From positions 19,223 through 81,338 of the forward strand of contig MFXS01000036.1 in the NCBI GenBank assembly GCA_001788925.1: DNA of 62,116 nucleotides. The letters run 5' to 3'. Positions within the stretch are counted from its first letter, which is position 1. Every line of letters begins with the position of its first letter. Made by a program: the position numbers and the translations under genes. Shown here one piece after another: positions 25,933 through 35,945 of the stretch. The stretch is from Candidatus Peribacteria bacterium RIFCSPHIGHO2_01_FULL_55_13 (lineage in GTDB: Bacteria; Patescibacteriota; Gracilibacteria; Peribacterales; Peribacteraceae). The notes beneath the pieces were generated by a model. It saw only the letters and a program-made list of their open reading frames with translations, ran no database searches and had not been told where the DNA came from.

Positions 25933-27276
25933 ATGGCCGAACCCCAGTTTCGAACCCCCAAAGGCACCCACGACGTCCTCCCGGAGGACCACCAGTACAT
26001 GACGTACATCAAGAAGGCCGTGCGTCACCGCGCGCGTCAGGCCGGGTACAAACGCATCGACCCGCCGATCTTTGAGAACCGCGCGATCTTCGAGCGCGGC
26101 ATCGGGGAGCACACGGATATCGTGGAGAAGGAACTATTCATCGTATCCGGCAAACAGAGAACGGAAGAGTCGGAAAGCGACGTGCAGTTTGCCCTTCGAC
26201 CGGAGATCACCGCAGGCATTTGTCGCAGTTACATCGAACACGGCATGCATCTGCTGCCACAGCCGGTAGAGCTCTACGCCATCGGACAGTGCTTCCGCTA
26301 CGACCGTCCCCAAAAAGGGCGGTACCGCCAGTTTCACCAGGTGGATCTCGAGTTGATCGGACTCAAGGACCCGAGTCTCGATGCACAGCTGATCCATGTC
26401 TGCATGAATATTTTTGCGGATCTGCGGATAGCGGACCGCCTCACATTACAACTCAATAACATCGGCAATGCGGAAAACCGCAGAGCGTTCCTTGTCGCAC
26501 TCAAAGATTTCTTCATCGGAAAAGAGCGGCACCTGCCGGAGCTCGACCGTAAACGGCTGCAGACCAATCCCCTGCGTTTGCTCGATAGTAAAGAAGAGGA
26601 CACTCGGATTCTCCTCAAGAGCGCCCCTACCTTGGATCAATTTATCGATGACGACTCCAAGCAATACCATGCCACGCTTGTTGAGTATCTCGATGAGCTC
26701 GGCGTGAAGCACACGGCAAACCCCAGTCTCGTCCGCGGGCTTGATTACTACGGTCAGACCGTCTTCGAATTCTGGGACAGTTCCTCCGGTGCGCAAAATG
26801 CCGTTGGTGGAGGTGGGCGCTATGACGGGCTGATTGAACTCCTCGGCGGTCAACCGACGCCGGGCGTAGGGGTTGCCATGGGCGTCGAACGCATGATCTG
26901 GCATATGAAACAGGCGGGAGTGACGGTGCCAAACAAAGACCATGTCGATGTCTTCGTCGCGCAGCTCGGTCCTGATGCCAAGAAAATGTGTCTGACGCTG
27001 ATCGCGAAGCTCCGCGAGAAAGGCGTCCACACCATCGGCGCACTCGGCGAAGCGAGTCTCAAAAGCCAGATGCGGCTTGCGGACAAGTTCGGCGCGAAGT
27101 TCACGCTCCTCCTCGGCCAGATGGAGGTGAAGGAAGGCAAGATTATTCTGCGCGACATGGCGGCGGGAAAGCAGAAGTCGATCAAGTTTGAGAATGCGGT
27201 GGAGGAAGTGCTGAAGTTGCTGGGCAGCGAAAATCTGGATACGTACACGCTCCGGGACCACTTTGACGAAGATTAG
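25933..27276 (+). CDS. hisS: Histidine--tRNA ligase
   Basis: FRTPKGTHDVLP, CFRYDRPQKGRYRQFHQ (motif 2), GGGRYDGL; ATG 25933 preferred because the ORF-track start 25780 reads through the hairpin. Confidence 0.92.
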   Translation: MAEPQFRTPKGTHDVLPEDHQYMTYIKKAVRHRARQAGYKRIDPPIFENRAIFERGIGEHTDIVEKELFIVSGKQRTEESESDVQFALRPEITAGICRSYIEHGMHLLPQPVELYAIGQCFRYDRPQKGRYRQFHQVDLELIGLKDPSLDAQLIHVCMNIFADLRIADRLTLQLNNIGNAENRRAFLVALKDFFIGKERHLPELDRKRLQTNPLRLLDSKEEDTRILLKSAPTLDQFIDDDSKQYHATLVEYLDELGVKHTANPSLVRGLDYYGQTVFEFWDSSSGAQNAVGGGGRYDGLIELLGGQPTPGVGVAMGVERMIWHMKQAGVTVPNKDHVDVFVAQLGPDAKKMCLTLIAKLREKGVHTIGALGEASLKSQMRLADKFGAKFTLLLGQMEVKEGKIILRDMAAGKQKSIKFENAVEEVLKLLGSENLDTYTLRDHFDED

Positions 27277-27282
27277 AGTGAG

Positions 27283-27424
27283 GAATGACCAATGACCAAT
27301 AACACAATGAACAGGCAATTTGAATGACCAATGAACAAGAGCCAATGATCAAACAATGACCAAGAATGCATTCCTAGTGCTTGGTTATTGCGTGGTCATT
27401 GTGTTATTGGTCATTGGTCATTTT
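27283..27424. repeat. Heptad-word hairpin family 3 copy between convergent hisS and gyrB
   Basis: GAATGACCAATGACCAATAACACAATGAAC ... centre CCAAGAATGCATTC ... GGTCATTGTGTTATTGGTCATTGGTCATTTT. Confidence 0.8.
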
Positions 27425-27425
27425 G

Positions 27426-29486
27426 CTACACGTCCAAATTCTTCACTCCCTTCGCATGTGTCTGAATAAACTTCCTCCGGGGCGCGACTTCGGGGCCCAT
27501 TAATGTCGTAAACGCCAGATCCGCCTTCTCGGCGTCGTCGTTCGTGACTCTGAGCATCGCACGGTTCTCGGGATCCATCGTAGTGTCCCAGAGCTGATCG
27601 GGGTTCATTTCTCCAAGACCTTTGTAGCGCTGGATATTCACCTTGCCGCCCTTTTTGGGCTCCGGGGCTTTGCTCTTCTTCGTCTCCTTGGTCAGGGAAT
27701 CGAAATTCTCTTCGGCCTCCTGCATGCCCTCAGTATCAGCTGCCACTTCTTCGGTTTCTTCCAGATCCTGCTCGCCGATCCCCCATTCCTTGAGGACGTT
27801 GAACTTCTGTTCGTCGGTGTAGGCGTAGCGGATGTCTTTGCCGCGCGCGATTTTATAGAGCGGCGGCTGGGCGATGTAGATATGGCCGGTATCGATGAGC
27901 TCGGGGAAGTACCGGAAGAAGAGTGTCAAAAGAAGCGTGCGGATGTGCGCACCGTCGACGTCGGCGTCGGTCATGATCACGATGCGGTCGTACCGGAGCT
28001 TCGTGAGGTCTTTCACGTCGCCGATGCCGATGCCGAGCGCGATGATGAGTGACTTGATTTCGTTGTTGCCGAGCATTTTATCGAGCCGTGCCTGTTCCAC
28101 GTTCAGGATCTTCCCACGAAGAGGAAGGATGGCCTGGAATTCGCGGTTGCGCCCCTGCTTGGCAGAGCCTCCGGCGGAGTCGCCCTCCACAATGAAGATC
28201 TCACACTGACTCGGGTCGCGGCTGCTGCAGTCCGCAAGCTTGCCCGGAAGCGTCATGCCTTCAAGCGCCCCCTTGCGGATGACGCTGTCTCTGGCGGCGC
28301 GGGCGGCAAGGCGTGCGCGTGCAGCGAGGAAGCACTTTGCAATGATGTCTTTGCCTTCGGACGGGTGCTCCTCGAAGTACTGCGAGAGCTTTTCATTGAC
28401 GACGGTTTCCACGGCCGTCTTCATTTCAGCATTACCGAGTTTGCTCTTGGTCTGGCCCTCGAACTGTGGATCTTTGAGGCGGACGGAGATGACGGCGGTG
28501 AGCCCTTCGCGGACATCGTCGGCCGTGAGGTTTTCATCCTTCTCCTTGAGGATGCTCTGGCTGCGGGCGTAGGCGTTGATGGTGCGGGTGAGGGCGGACT
28601 TGAAGCCGGTCATGTGGTGGCCTCCTTCGATGGTATGAATGTTGTTGGCAAAGCTCGCCACGTGTTCCTGGAACGTCTGCGTGTACTGCAGGGCGACTTC
28701 TACAAATCCCTCCGGCTGTTCTTTCTCGAAATGAATCGGCTCGCCGATTCTCTCTTTAGACTCGTTGAGATGCGCGACGTACGAGGCGATACCTCCTTCG
28801 AAGTGGAACCGGTAGAGGCGTGGGAATAGTTTGTCCTCCTCCGGCCGCTTCTCGCGCTCGTCGAGTACCGCGATCGTAATGCCGCGCGTGAGGTACGCCT
28901 GCTGGCGGAGGCGCGTGAGGATCGCATCGATGCTGAATTCCATTGTGTCGAAGATGGTGTCATCCGGGTAGAATGTGATCTTCGTGCCGTGCTTGGTCGC
29001 CTTGCCCATCGTCTTCATGTCGGCGACCGGCTTTCCGCGGGCGTACTCCTGCATGTAGATTTTGCCGTCACGGAAGACCTCCGCGCGCATCTTCTTGCTC
29101 AGCGCGTTCACGACCGATGAACCGACTCCGTGGAGTCCTCCGGAGACTTTGTACCCGGAATCATCTCCGCCAAATTTGCCTCCGGCGTGAAGCGTCGTAA
29201 GCACGACTTCGAGCGCGGGACGCTTGGTGGTGGGGTGAAGATCGACCGGGATACCGCGACCGTTGTCTTCCACGCTCACTCCGCCGTCTGCCTGCAGCAT
29301 CACGGTGATATGGTCGCAGTGGCCGGCCATCGCCTCGTCGATCGCGTTGTCGACGATTTCCCACACGAGATGATGGAGTCCGCGGACATCCGTGGATCCG
29401 ATATACATACCCGGGCGCTTGCGGACGGGCTCCAGACCTTCTAGGACCTGGATTTGTTCGGCGGTGTATTTTCCGGCGGCTGCCAT
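27426..29486 (-). CDS. gyrB: DNA gyrase subunit B
   Basis: GLHHLVWEIVDNAIDE, EGDSAGG, QRYKGLGEMNPDQLW; ATG 29486 (MAAAGKYTAEQIQVLEGLE) preferred over 29591, which lies in the repeat. Confidence 0.95.
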   Translation of the reverse strand: MAAAGKYTAEQIQVLEGLEPVRKRPGMYIGSTDVRGLHHLVWEIVDNAIDEAMAGHCDHITVMLQADGGVSVEDNGRGIPVDLHPTTKRPALEVVLTTLHAGGKFGGDDSGYKVSGGLHGVGSSVVNALSKKMRAEVFRDGKIYMQEYARGKPVADMKTMGKATKHGTKITFYPDDTIFDTMEFSIDAILTRLRQQAYLTRGITIAVLDEREKRPEEDKLFPRLYRFHFEGGIASYVAHLNESKERIGEPIHFEKEQPEGFVEVALQYTQTFQEHVASFANNIHTIEGGHHMTGFKSALTRTINAYARSQSILKEKDENLTADDVREGLTAVISVRLKDPQFEGQTKSKLGNAEMKTAVETVVNEKLSQYFEEHPSEGKDIIAKCFLAARARLAARAARDSVIRKGALEGMTLPGKLADCSSRDPSQCEIFIVEGDSAGGSAKQGRNREFQAILPLRGKILNVEQARLDKMLGNNEIKSLIIALGIGIGDVKDLTKLRYDRIVIMTDADVDGAHIRTLLLTLFFRYFPELIDTGHIYIAQPPLYKIARGKDIRYAYTDEQKFNVLKEWGIGEQDLEETEEVAADTEGMQEAEENFDSLTKETKKSKAPEPKKGGKVNIQRYKGLGEMNPDQLWDTTMDPENRAMLRVTNDDAEKADLAFTTLMGPEVAPRRKFIQTHAKGVKNLDV

Positions 29487-29534
29487 GTCTGAAGCATGGT
29501 AGAGATTAAGTAAGAGACAGGCAATGCGGGAGGA

Positions 29535-29658
29535 AATGTCCAATGACCAATACAACAATGACCAGGCAATAACCAAACACCAAGAATACATTCTTGGTTA
29601 TTGTCTGGTCATTGGTCATTTTTCCTGCCTGGTCATTGGTGTTTGGTCACTGGTCATT
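29535..29658. repeat. Heptad-word hairpin family 3 copy between gyrB start and rpsU stop
   Basis: AAATGTCCAATGACCAATACAACAATGACCAGGCAAT ... centre CCAAGAATACATTCTTGG ... GGTCATTGGTCATTTTT...GGTCACTGGTCATT. Confidence 0.8.
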
Positions 29659-29662
29659 CTCA

Positions 29663-29878
29663 CTACATATTACTATAAAACTGCGTCTTCTTCTTCTCCG
29701 TGCGGTATCCCTCCCGCTTTAGCGCACGCAGTCGCTGCAGGCGCTTGCTGGGCTTGCGCTTGTGGCGGGCGCGTTCCCGAAGAAGCTTCACGAGCCCGCT
29801 CTTCTGGGTCTGCTTTTTGAACCGCTGGAGGAGCGAGTCATTGCTTTCTTCGCCGCGCTTGTGTGCATGAATTGCCAT
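29663..29878 (-). CDS. rpsU: 30S ribosomal protein bS21
   Basis: 71 aa, basic, LLQRFKKQTQKSGLVKLLRERARHKRKPSKR. Confidence 0.85.
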   Translation of the reverse strand: MAIHAHKRGEESNDSLLQRFKKQTQKSGLVKLLRERARHKRKPSKRLQRLRALKREGYRTEKKKTQFYSNM

Positions 29879-29938
29879 TGCCGGCCTAGCCTACGGAAGG
29901 CGGAATTGTCTGTAAAGCAAATATTGGAGTTCCGGCGC

Positions 29939-31567
29939 TTAGCGGCGCAAGAGTTCCAGCGCCTTCACCATCTGATCGTCCCGCTCGACACTATAGACGA
30001 CCTTCACGTCGGGCTCGATCCCCACTTTGTCGATCTTGCGTCCCTTGGGCGTAAACCACTCGGCAATGGTCATCTTGAGGCCACTGAGATCCTGGAACTG
30101 CAGGACTGCCTGCACCGTCCCCTTGCCGAAGGTCTTTTCACCGACGAGCGTGGCACGCTTGTGATCCTGGAGCGCTCCCGCGACTATTTCTGAAGCGGAC
30201 GCCGAACCACTGTTGATGAGAAGGATGACCGGAGTCGTGGCTTCAATCGTGGGGAGATCTTCCGTTGCATACTCCTCGGATCCCGTCTTGGACTTCGCAA
30301 CGTAAACCAGGCTTCCACGGGGCACGAAGTTACTGACAACCGTAACCGCCGCATGCGCGAGGCCGCCGGGGTTGTTCCGCAGATCCAGCACAATCCCCTT
30401 CACCTTCTTGTCATGGAGTGCCTGCATCTCGCCACGCAAGGTCTTATCGGTATTGCCGCCGAACTGCATGATCTTCACGATACCGATATTTTCCTGAATC
30501 GTGATCTCGATTTCGGGAACGGTGACCGTGTCTCTTGTCACGGTGATCGTGAGCTCGTTACCGCTGCGACGGATGAGGAGCTTCACCGTCGTGCCCTTGG
30601 GGCCGCGCACCCGCTCGATGGCTTCGAGGAAACCGATGCCGGAAAGACTGAAGTCGTCGGCCTTGAGAATCTCATCACCCGGGAGAAGCCCCGCTTTCTC
30701 GGCGGGAGAACCCCTGAGGGGCGTAACGATCGTCAGGATGCCGTTTTTGTCCTCCACCTGTGCGCCGATGCCGGTGACTTCGCCGTTGATCTGATTGCGA
30801 AAGTTCTGAGCTTTTACGGGCCGGAAGAACGTGGTGTAGGGATCATTCAGGCTTTCGACCATTCCTTCGAGAGACTTGTAGGCGGCCTCCTCCTGGTTCA
30901 GCTTGTCGGTGTAGAGATACTCGTCATTCAACAGTTGCCAGACCGCCTGCATGAGGTCGCTTTTGGGAAGCGGCGCCTTCTCCTTCGTGGACAGCTTGAT
31001 CTTGATGGTCTCTTGGGTCATCGGATCGTTGCTTTCCTTGCGCTGCTGACCTGCCTTGCCACTCGCCTTCTTCAGCATCTTCTCTGCTTCTTTCGTACCC
31101 AGCGGTTCGTGAACGCCAAACTGCTGCGGACGGATGGGCAGGAGCCATTCCTCATGGACTGTCACATCGACGGCTCGCGCGAGCGCCGTACCGTCACGGA
31201 CGTCCCGGAAATCGGTGTCCCCGTCGCCGGAGTTTCCGAGCCCCGCAAGTTCCGCCGTAATGAGGATGGCCTCACCGCGGGTGATGGCTATTGCGAGCTT
31301 AAGATCCTTGCCGAACACCGCCAGCACCTGCTTGTCATGCGCGGCGCGCACGTACTTCATCAGGTTGGTCGGAATGCGGGTATACGGAAGTGCTTCTTTC
31401 TTGTCACTCACCGGCACTGCAAACGCCTGGATGGCAGCGCGGATAAACGCTCCGCGGCTAACGTCGCCCGAAGGCGGAAGCCCCCACACAGCGCCAAAAG
31501 CGGCAACTGGCTGCAGGAGAATCGTCAAAGTAAGGATATATGCTGAGAAGCGGTGAAGTGTGCGCAT
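29939..31567 (-). CDS. S41-family C-terminal processing peptidase with PDZ domain
   Basis: PDZ (GLLPGDEILKAD), NNPGG, SGSASASEI; signal peptide begins at ATG 31567 (ORF track gives a TTG at 31627). Confidence 0.85.
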   Translation of the reverse strand: MRTLHRFSAYILTLTILLQPVAAFGAVWGLPPSGDVSRGAFIRAAIQAFAVPVSDKKEALPYTRIPTNLMKYVRAAHDKQVLAVFGKDLKLAIAITRGEAILITAELAGLGNSGDGDTDFRDVRDGTALARAVDVTVHEEWLLPIRPQQFGVHEPLGTKEAEKMLKKASGKAGQQRKESNDPMTQETIKIKLSTKEKAPLPKSDLMQAVWQLLNDEYLYTDKLNQEEAAYKSLEGMVESLNDPYTTFFRPVKAQNFRNQINGEVTGIGAQVEDKNGILTIVTPLRGSPAEKAGLLPGDEILKADDFSLSGIGFLEAIERVRGPKGTTVKLLIRRSGNELTITVTRDTVTVPEIEITIQENIGIVKIMQFGGNTDKTLRGEMQALHDKKVKGIVLDLRNNPGGLAHAAVTVVSNFVPRGSLVYVAKSKTGSEEYATEDLPTIEATTPVILLINSGSASASEIVAGALQDHKRATLVGEKTFGKGTVQAVLQFQDLSGLKMTIAEWFTPKGRKIDKVGIEPDVKVVYSVERDDQMVKALELLRR

Positions 31568-31632
31568 AGAAAAAGGGGAGGTCCGTAGTGTAACGGACTT
31601 CGGTGTCTCTTCAAAGATCAGGGGCAAGAAAA

Positions 31633-31715
31633 CGATTTATAATTTGCGATTTATGATTTACGATTTAAAGCTTCTGACTGTAAATCGCAAATCATAAATC
31701 GTAATTCAGAAATCG
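31633..31715. repeat. Heptad-word hairpin family 6 (GATTTAT/GATTTAC/ATTTGCG words)
   Basis: CGATTTATAATTTGCGATTTATGATTTACGATTTA ... TAAATCGCAAATCATAAATCGTAATTCAGAAATCG, about 29/35 paired. Confidence 0.8.
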
Positions 31716-33383
31716 TTACGCCATCGCCTCTTCCCGCACAAACGTATCTGTCTCGATGAGGATGCCGCGCTCCTTTTCATTTTCCTTGCGGGCAAACAGA
31801 CTCGTAAGCACCCAGAATCCTCCCACCACATAGAAGAGCGACGGGATCAGAAGGAATGCAATAGAGTGGAGGAAGGAACCATCGGCGGCACCCAGAAGAT
31901 CACCAATGGTCTTGGGGTGACTCGGTAGAAGATCGGGAAGCGTCACCGCGAAGTTGAAGAACCCATGGAGGACCGTAGCAAGCACGATGCCGGTACAAAG
32001 CATCTGCGTGCGGAAGACCGCTTTCTCCGGAAGCCGCAAAAATTTGCTGAGCGTATAGGCGACGATGTATTCCCTGTCCTCTCGCTCGACATCGGACACG
32101 AGCGGGCCGGCGAAGATTGCGAGCCCCAGGAAGTAGCCCATCACGCCCGTGGAGAGAATATGAACCATGCTCGTGAGGATGGAGCGTCCGACGACGTTTC
32201 CCAGAAATTCGCCCCACTGCGGCGAGGCGGGTATCAGGAGATACTGCTGTACGAAGCCGACAAAGTACGTGGGGTTCAGGATATTTTCCGCAAACGCGAA
32301 GCCGATCGCGACAATGACCGCGAGCTGCATGACGTCATCGACGCTGCTCACCACCCCCTTGGCGCTGCGGCTCGTGACCCATGCCTTGCTCGCTTCCTCA
32401 ATGAGCCCGACAATCATGAACGTGACGAGCGACGAAACGAGCGTCGTGCGGATGTCGGGCATGGCGGCGAGGCTGCCGCTGACAAACGCCGAGCTGCTTC
32501 TGGAGAAACTCTCCGGCGTAATACGGAAGAGAAAGAACTGCAGTTCCACGCCGCTGCGAACCAGCATGTCGTAGAAGAGGATCGGCGCGGTGGAGAGCAT
32601 TCCGGCGAAGAACATCAGGAGCGTGGAGCTCAGTTTCTGCCGATGCTCCTGTAGGAACAGAACGCACCAGATCACGGCCGGAATCGCGGCAACCGCAATC
32701 GCAATGAGGTGGGCCTTGAGCGTCTCCGCAGGTTCATGCCACAGGAGATGCACGGCCATCAGAAGAACGAATGTTCCGAGCACGGTGGCTTTGATCGAAG
32801 CGCTCCAGGGCCCAAAAAGCATCCGCCACGTAATGGCCATGAAGACGATCCCCAGCGCCACGGCAAACGGATCGCTCCCCGTTTCTCCGGCAAAGATTGC
32901 GCGCTGGAAACCGAGCAGTGCAAAGGTAAGCAGCGTCCCGAGTCCAACGGCAAACACATACTCGCGCACGCACCGGTACTTCCATTCCGCCACTCCGAAG
33001 AGCAGTGCCGCGATACCGAAGAACATGACGGCGCGCTTCAGTCCTTCCTCTCCTGCAAACGGCGCGATAGCACCGCCGCCCTGGGCAACGAGCGCGATGA
33101 TCGCGGCGGTGGAGAGAAGTGTGAATGCGAGCGGCCCGAAGGGCGGCAGCGGCTTCTTTCCTTTTCCGGGAGCATGCAGCGTCAGCCAGTGCACAGAGAT
33201 GACGCCAAGCCAGACGTGCGTAAGGAGCAGCCCGAAGATGGTGAGTGCGGCGACGGCCAGAAAAAACATCCCCAGCCCCTGTGTGCTCACCCCTCCTCCT
33301 TCCTGTGCATGCGCAAGCACGGGAAGCATGAGTGCTAGGACACCCGCCAGCCTCGCTGCGCTCTTTTTGGAGAGGATGTGCAT
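31716..33383 (-). CDS. Polytopic membrane protein with C-terminal PrsW-like intramembrane protease domain
   Basis: GLIEEASKAW, FAFAENI, HILSTG, HGFFNF motif order as in the PrsW family. Confidence 0.65.
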   Translation of the reverse strand: MHILSKKSAARLAGVLALMLPVLAHAQEGGGVSTQGLGMFFLAVAALTIFGLLLTHVWLGVISVHWLTLHAPGKGKKPLPPFGPLAFTLLSTAAIIALVAQGGGAIAPFAGEEGLKRAVMFFGIAALLFGVAEWKYRCVREYVFAVGLGTLLTFALLGFQRAIFAGETGSDPFAVALGIVFMAITWRMLFGPWSASIKATVLGTFVLLMAVHLLWHEPAETLKAHLIAIAVAAIPAVIWCVLFLQEHRQKLSSTLLMFFAGMLSTAPILFYDMLVRSGVELQFFLFRITPESFSRSSSAFVSGSLAAMPDIRTTLVSSLVTFMIVGLIEEASKAWVTSRSAKGVVSSVDDVMQLAVIVAIGFAFAENILNPTYFVGFVQQYLLIPASPQWGEFLGNVVGRSILTSMVHILSTGVMGYFLGLAIFAGPLVSDVEREDREYIVAYTLSKFLRLPEKAVFRTQMLCTGIVLATVLHGFFNFAVTLPDLLPSHPKTIGDLLGAADGSFLHSIAFLLIPSLFYVVGGFWVLTSLFARKENEKERGILIETDTFVREEAMA

Positions 33384-33507
33384 ATTTATGATATTTTATC
33401 ATATTTTGACATATTTTAGAATAGATGCTTTTAATGCATAAAGTCGATTCAATAGTACTTAGCAAATACCTCAAGCATTCGTATCAGACTTCCATTATCC
33501 TCTGCGC

Positions 33508-34914
33508 ATGCCCGCCACCTCCCTCGACCAGGTCGTCTCTCTGTGCAAACGCAGGGGATTTGTCTTTCCGGGATCGGAAATCTACGGAGGACTCGCCAAT
33601 ACCTGGGATTACGGGCCACTCGGAACAGAACTCAAAAAACGCGTACAGGCGAGTTGGTGGGACACATTTGTGCGCCAGAAACCCGAAATGATGGGAATCG
33701 AGACTGCCATTCTGATGCATCCCAACGTCTGGGAAGCGAGCGGTCATGTTTCCAATTTCGGCGATCCTTTGGTGGAATGCCGGAAGTGCCATGCCCGACC
33801 CAGAGGGGATAAACTCCTCGAAGAGAAGCTCGGCGTAGAAGTAGTGGCAGTACTCACTTTAGATCAGGTGCAGCCGATGATGATGGCAGAGAAGATACCT
33901 TGTCCCGAGTGCGGCAAATGCGACTGGACTGCCGCAAAGAAATTCAATCTCATGTTCCGCACGCAACAGGGTGTGATTGAAGGTGAGGGAACAGACATTT
34001 ATCTCCGTCCGGAAACGGCGCAGGGAATGTTTGTGAATTTCAAAAATATCCTCGATACCATGCGTCCGCGGCTGCCATTCGGCATAGCGCAGATCGGGAA
34101 ATCCTTCCGGAATGAGATCACGCCGGGAAACTTCACCTTCCGCACACGCGAATTCGAGCAAATGGAAATAGAGTATTTTGTTGCGCCGGGGACAGAGGAA
34201 AAATATTTCCAGGAATGGCTCGATGCGACGATGCAATGGTATACGGATCTCGGCATTGCCAAAGAGCGACTCCGCATCCGCGAGCATACCAATGAAGAGC
34301 GCTCGCATTACAGCAGCCGCACAGTGGATATCGAGTACCACTACCCGTGGGGCTGGGGGGAATTTATGGGGCTCGCGAATCGCAGTGATTACGATTTGAA
34401 GCAGCATCAGGAAAAAAGTGGTCAGGATTTGCGATATACGGATCCTGATGATGCGACGAAGAAATTCCACCCCTATGTCGTCGAACCCGCATTCGGATGC
34501 ACGAGAACGGTTCTTGTATTGCTTCTGGAGGCTTACACGGAAGAAAAGGTAAAAGACGATACGCGTACCGTGATGAAGTTTCATAAGCGCATCGCACCGA
34601 TCGACGTTGCTATACTTCCTTTGTCCAAGAAGGAACACCTTGTAGCCAAGGCACAAGAGTTGTACAAAAAAATTGTTCATGAGACAAAGCTTGTCGTCGA
34701 CTTCGACATCACGGGAAGTATCGGCAAGCGCTACCGCCGCCAGGATGAAATCGGCACGCCGCTCTGTATCACGGTCGACTTCGGCACCATCGGCGAAGAC
34801 ACCGCGCAGGGCGCGAAAGACACGGTGACCATCCGCGACAGAGACACCTTACAGCAGGAACGTGTGGCGATCGGCGAGATACGCGAAAAGATCGCGGAGG
34901 CGTGGAGGAAATGA
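33508..34914 (+). CDS. glyQS: Glycine--tRNA ligase (homodimeric class II type)
   Basis: RRGFVFPGSEIYGGLANTWDYGPLG, FRNEITPGNFTFRTREFEQME, YRRQDEIGTP. Confidence 0.92.
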   Translation: MPATSLDQVVSLCKRRGFVFPGSEIYGGLANTWDYGPLGTELKKRVQASWWDTFVRQKPEMMGIETAILMHPNVWEASGHVSNFGDPLVECRKCHARPRGDKLLEEKLGVEVVAVLTLDQVQPMMMAEKIPCPECGKCDWTAAKKFNLMFRTQQGVIEGEGTDIYLRPETAQGMFVNFKNILDTMRPRLPFGIAQIGKSFRNEITPGNFTFRTREFEQMEIEYFVAPGTEEKYFQEWLDATMQWYTDLGIAKERLRIREHTNEERSHYSSRTVDIEYHYPWGWGEFMGLANRSDYDLKQHQEKSGQDLRYTDPDDATKKFHPYVVEPAFGCTRTVLVLLLEAYTEEKVKDDTRTVMKFHKRIAPIDVAILPLSKKEHLVAKAQELYKKIVHETKLVVDFDITGSIGKRYRRQDEIGTPLCITVDFGTIGEDTAQGAKDTVTIRDRDTLQQERVAIGEIREKIAEAWRK

Positions 34915-35168
34915 GATTCCCCGCACTGTACAGTACATCCCGGAAGCGTTTTTCTTCTTTTCCAGGGAAACGCATTTGCCGGAAGAGCGCGGGATATGGT
35001 ACAAATGAGTTGCACTATCGCTGATCGCTGCGGTCCTGATCCCGGAAAGCTCCGGGAATATCCTCCGCACTCAGGCGAAATGACGCGATAGCAAGACCCC
35101 CAAGGACACTATCAACGCCGCTACATCGAGACGAGTTCACCACTCACGATCTCACGGCGCACGATACC

Positions 35169-35193
35169 CGATCTCCCCACTCCCCATCTCCCC
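35169..35193. repeat. Heptad-word family 9 tract (CTCCCCA words), single arm, directly before the rpsB ATG
   Basis: CGATCTCCCCACTCCCCATCTCCCC; the same 25-mer occurs at 50167-50191 and a near copy inside the CDS at 14025-14048. Confidence 0.7.
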
Positions 35194-35901
35194 ATGTCCC
35201 CCGTTTCCGTCCCTACCGAGAAAGAACTCCTCACCTCCTCGTGCCACATCGGCCACCGCAAGGAGAAATGGAACCCCCGCATGGCGCCGTATCTGTACGG
35301 CATTCAGCGCGGCATCCACGTGTTCGATCTCACCCGCACCCGCGAGGGACTGCAGCAGGTCTGCATGGCCCTCCAGAAGTTGCAGGCAGAAGGAAAGACA
35401 ATCCTCTTTGTCTCCACCAAACAGCAGACAATCCCGCTCATTGAAGACCTCGGAAAGCACCTGGGCCAGCCGAGCGTGACGAAAAAATGGATCCCCGGCC
35501 TTCTGACGAACTGGAGCAACATGAAGCGCCGCCTCAAGTACTACCTTGATCTCCAGCGCTCCTTCCAGACCGGAGAAGTGGAGAAATACACGAAGAAGGA
35601 GCAGACACAGCTTCGCAAAAAACTCGCAAAGCTCGATGCCGCTCTCTCCGGTGTCTCCCAGATGACCCAGCTTCCGGATGCGGTGGTAGTTGTCGACGCG
35701 GTCCGCGACATCGTCGCAGTGCGCGAAGCACGGAAACTGAATATCCCTCTCTACGGCATCTGCGACAGCAACGCTGATCCGAAGGATTTCACGCTCTGTA
35801 TCCCCGCAAATGACGATGCGGTGAAGTCGGTCACGCTCATCCTGAAGACCATCTCCGCAGCTCTCTCCGACAGCAAGAAGAAAACTTCGTCTGAAGAGTA
35901 A
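35194..35901 (+). CDS. rpsB: 30S ribosomal protein uS2
   Basis: CHIGHRKEKWNPRMAPYLYG, FVSTKQQ, VVDAVRDIVAVREARKLNIPLYGICDSN. Confidence 0.93.
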   Translation: MSPVSVPTEKELLTSSCHIGHRKEKWNPRMAPYLYGIQRGIHVFDLTRTREGLQQVCMALQKLQAEGKTILFVSTKQQTIPLIEDLGKHLGQPSVTKKWIPGLLTNWSNMKRRLKYYLDLQRSFQTGEVEKYTKKEQTQLRKKLAKLDAALSGVSQMTQLPDAVVVVDAVRDIVAVREARKLNIPLYGICDSNADPKDFTLCIPANDDAVKSVTLILKTISAALSDSKKKTSSEE

Positions 35902-35945
35902 AACGGATTTTTCCACTTTCCACTTTTCTTTTTCCACTTCGTTTT

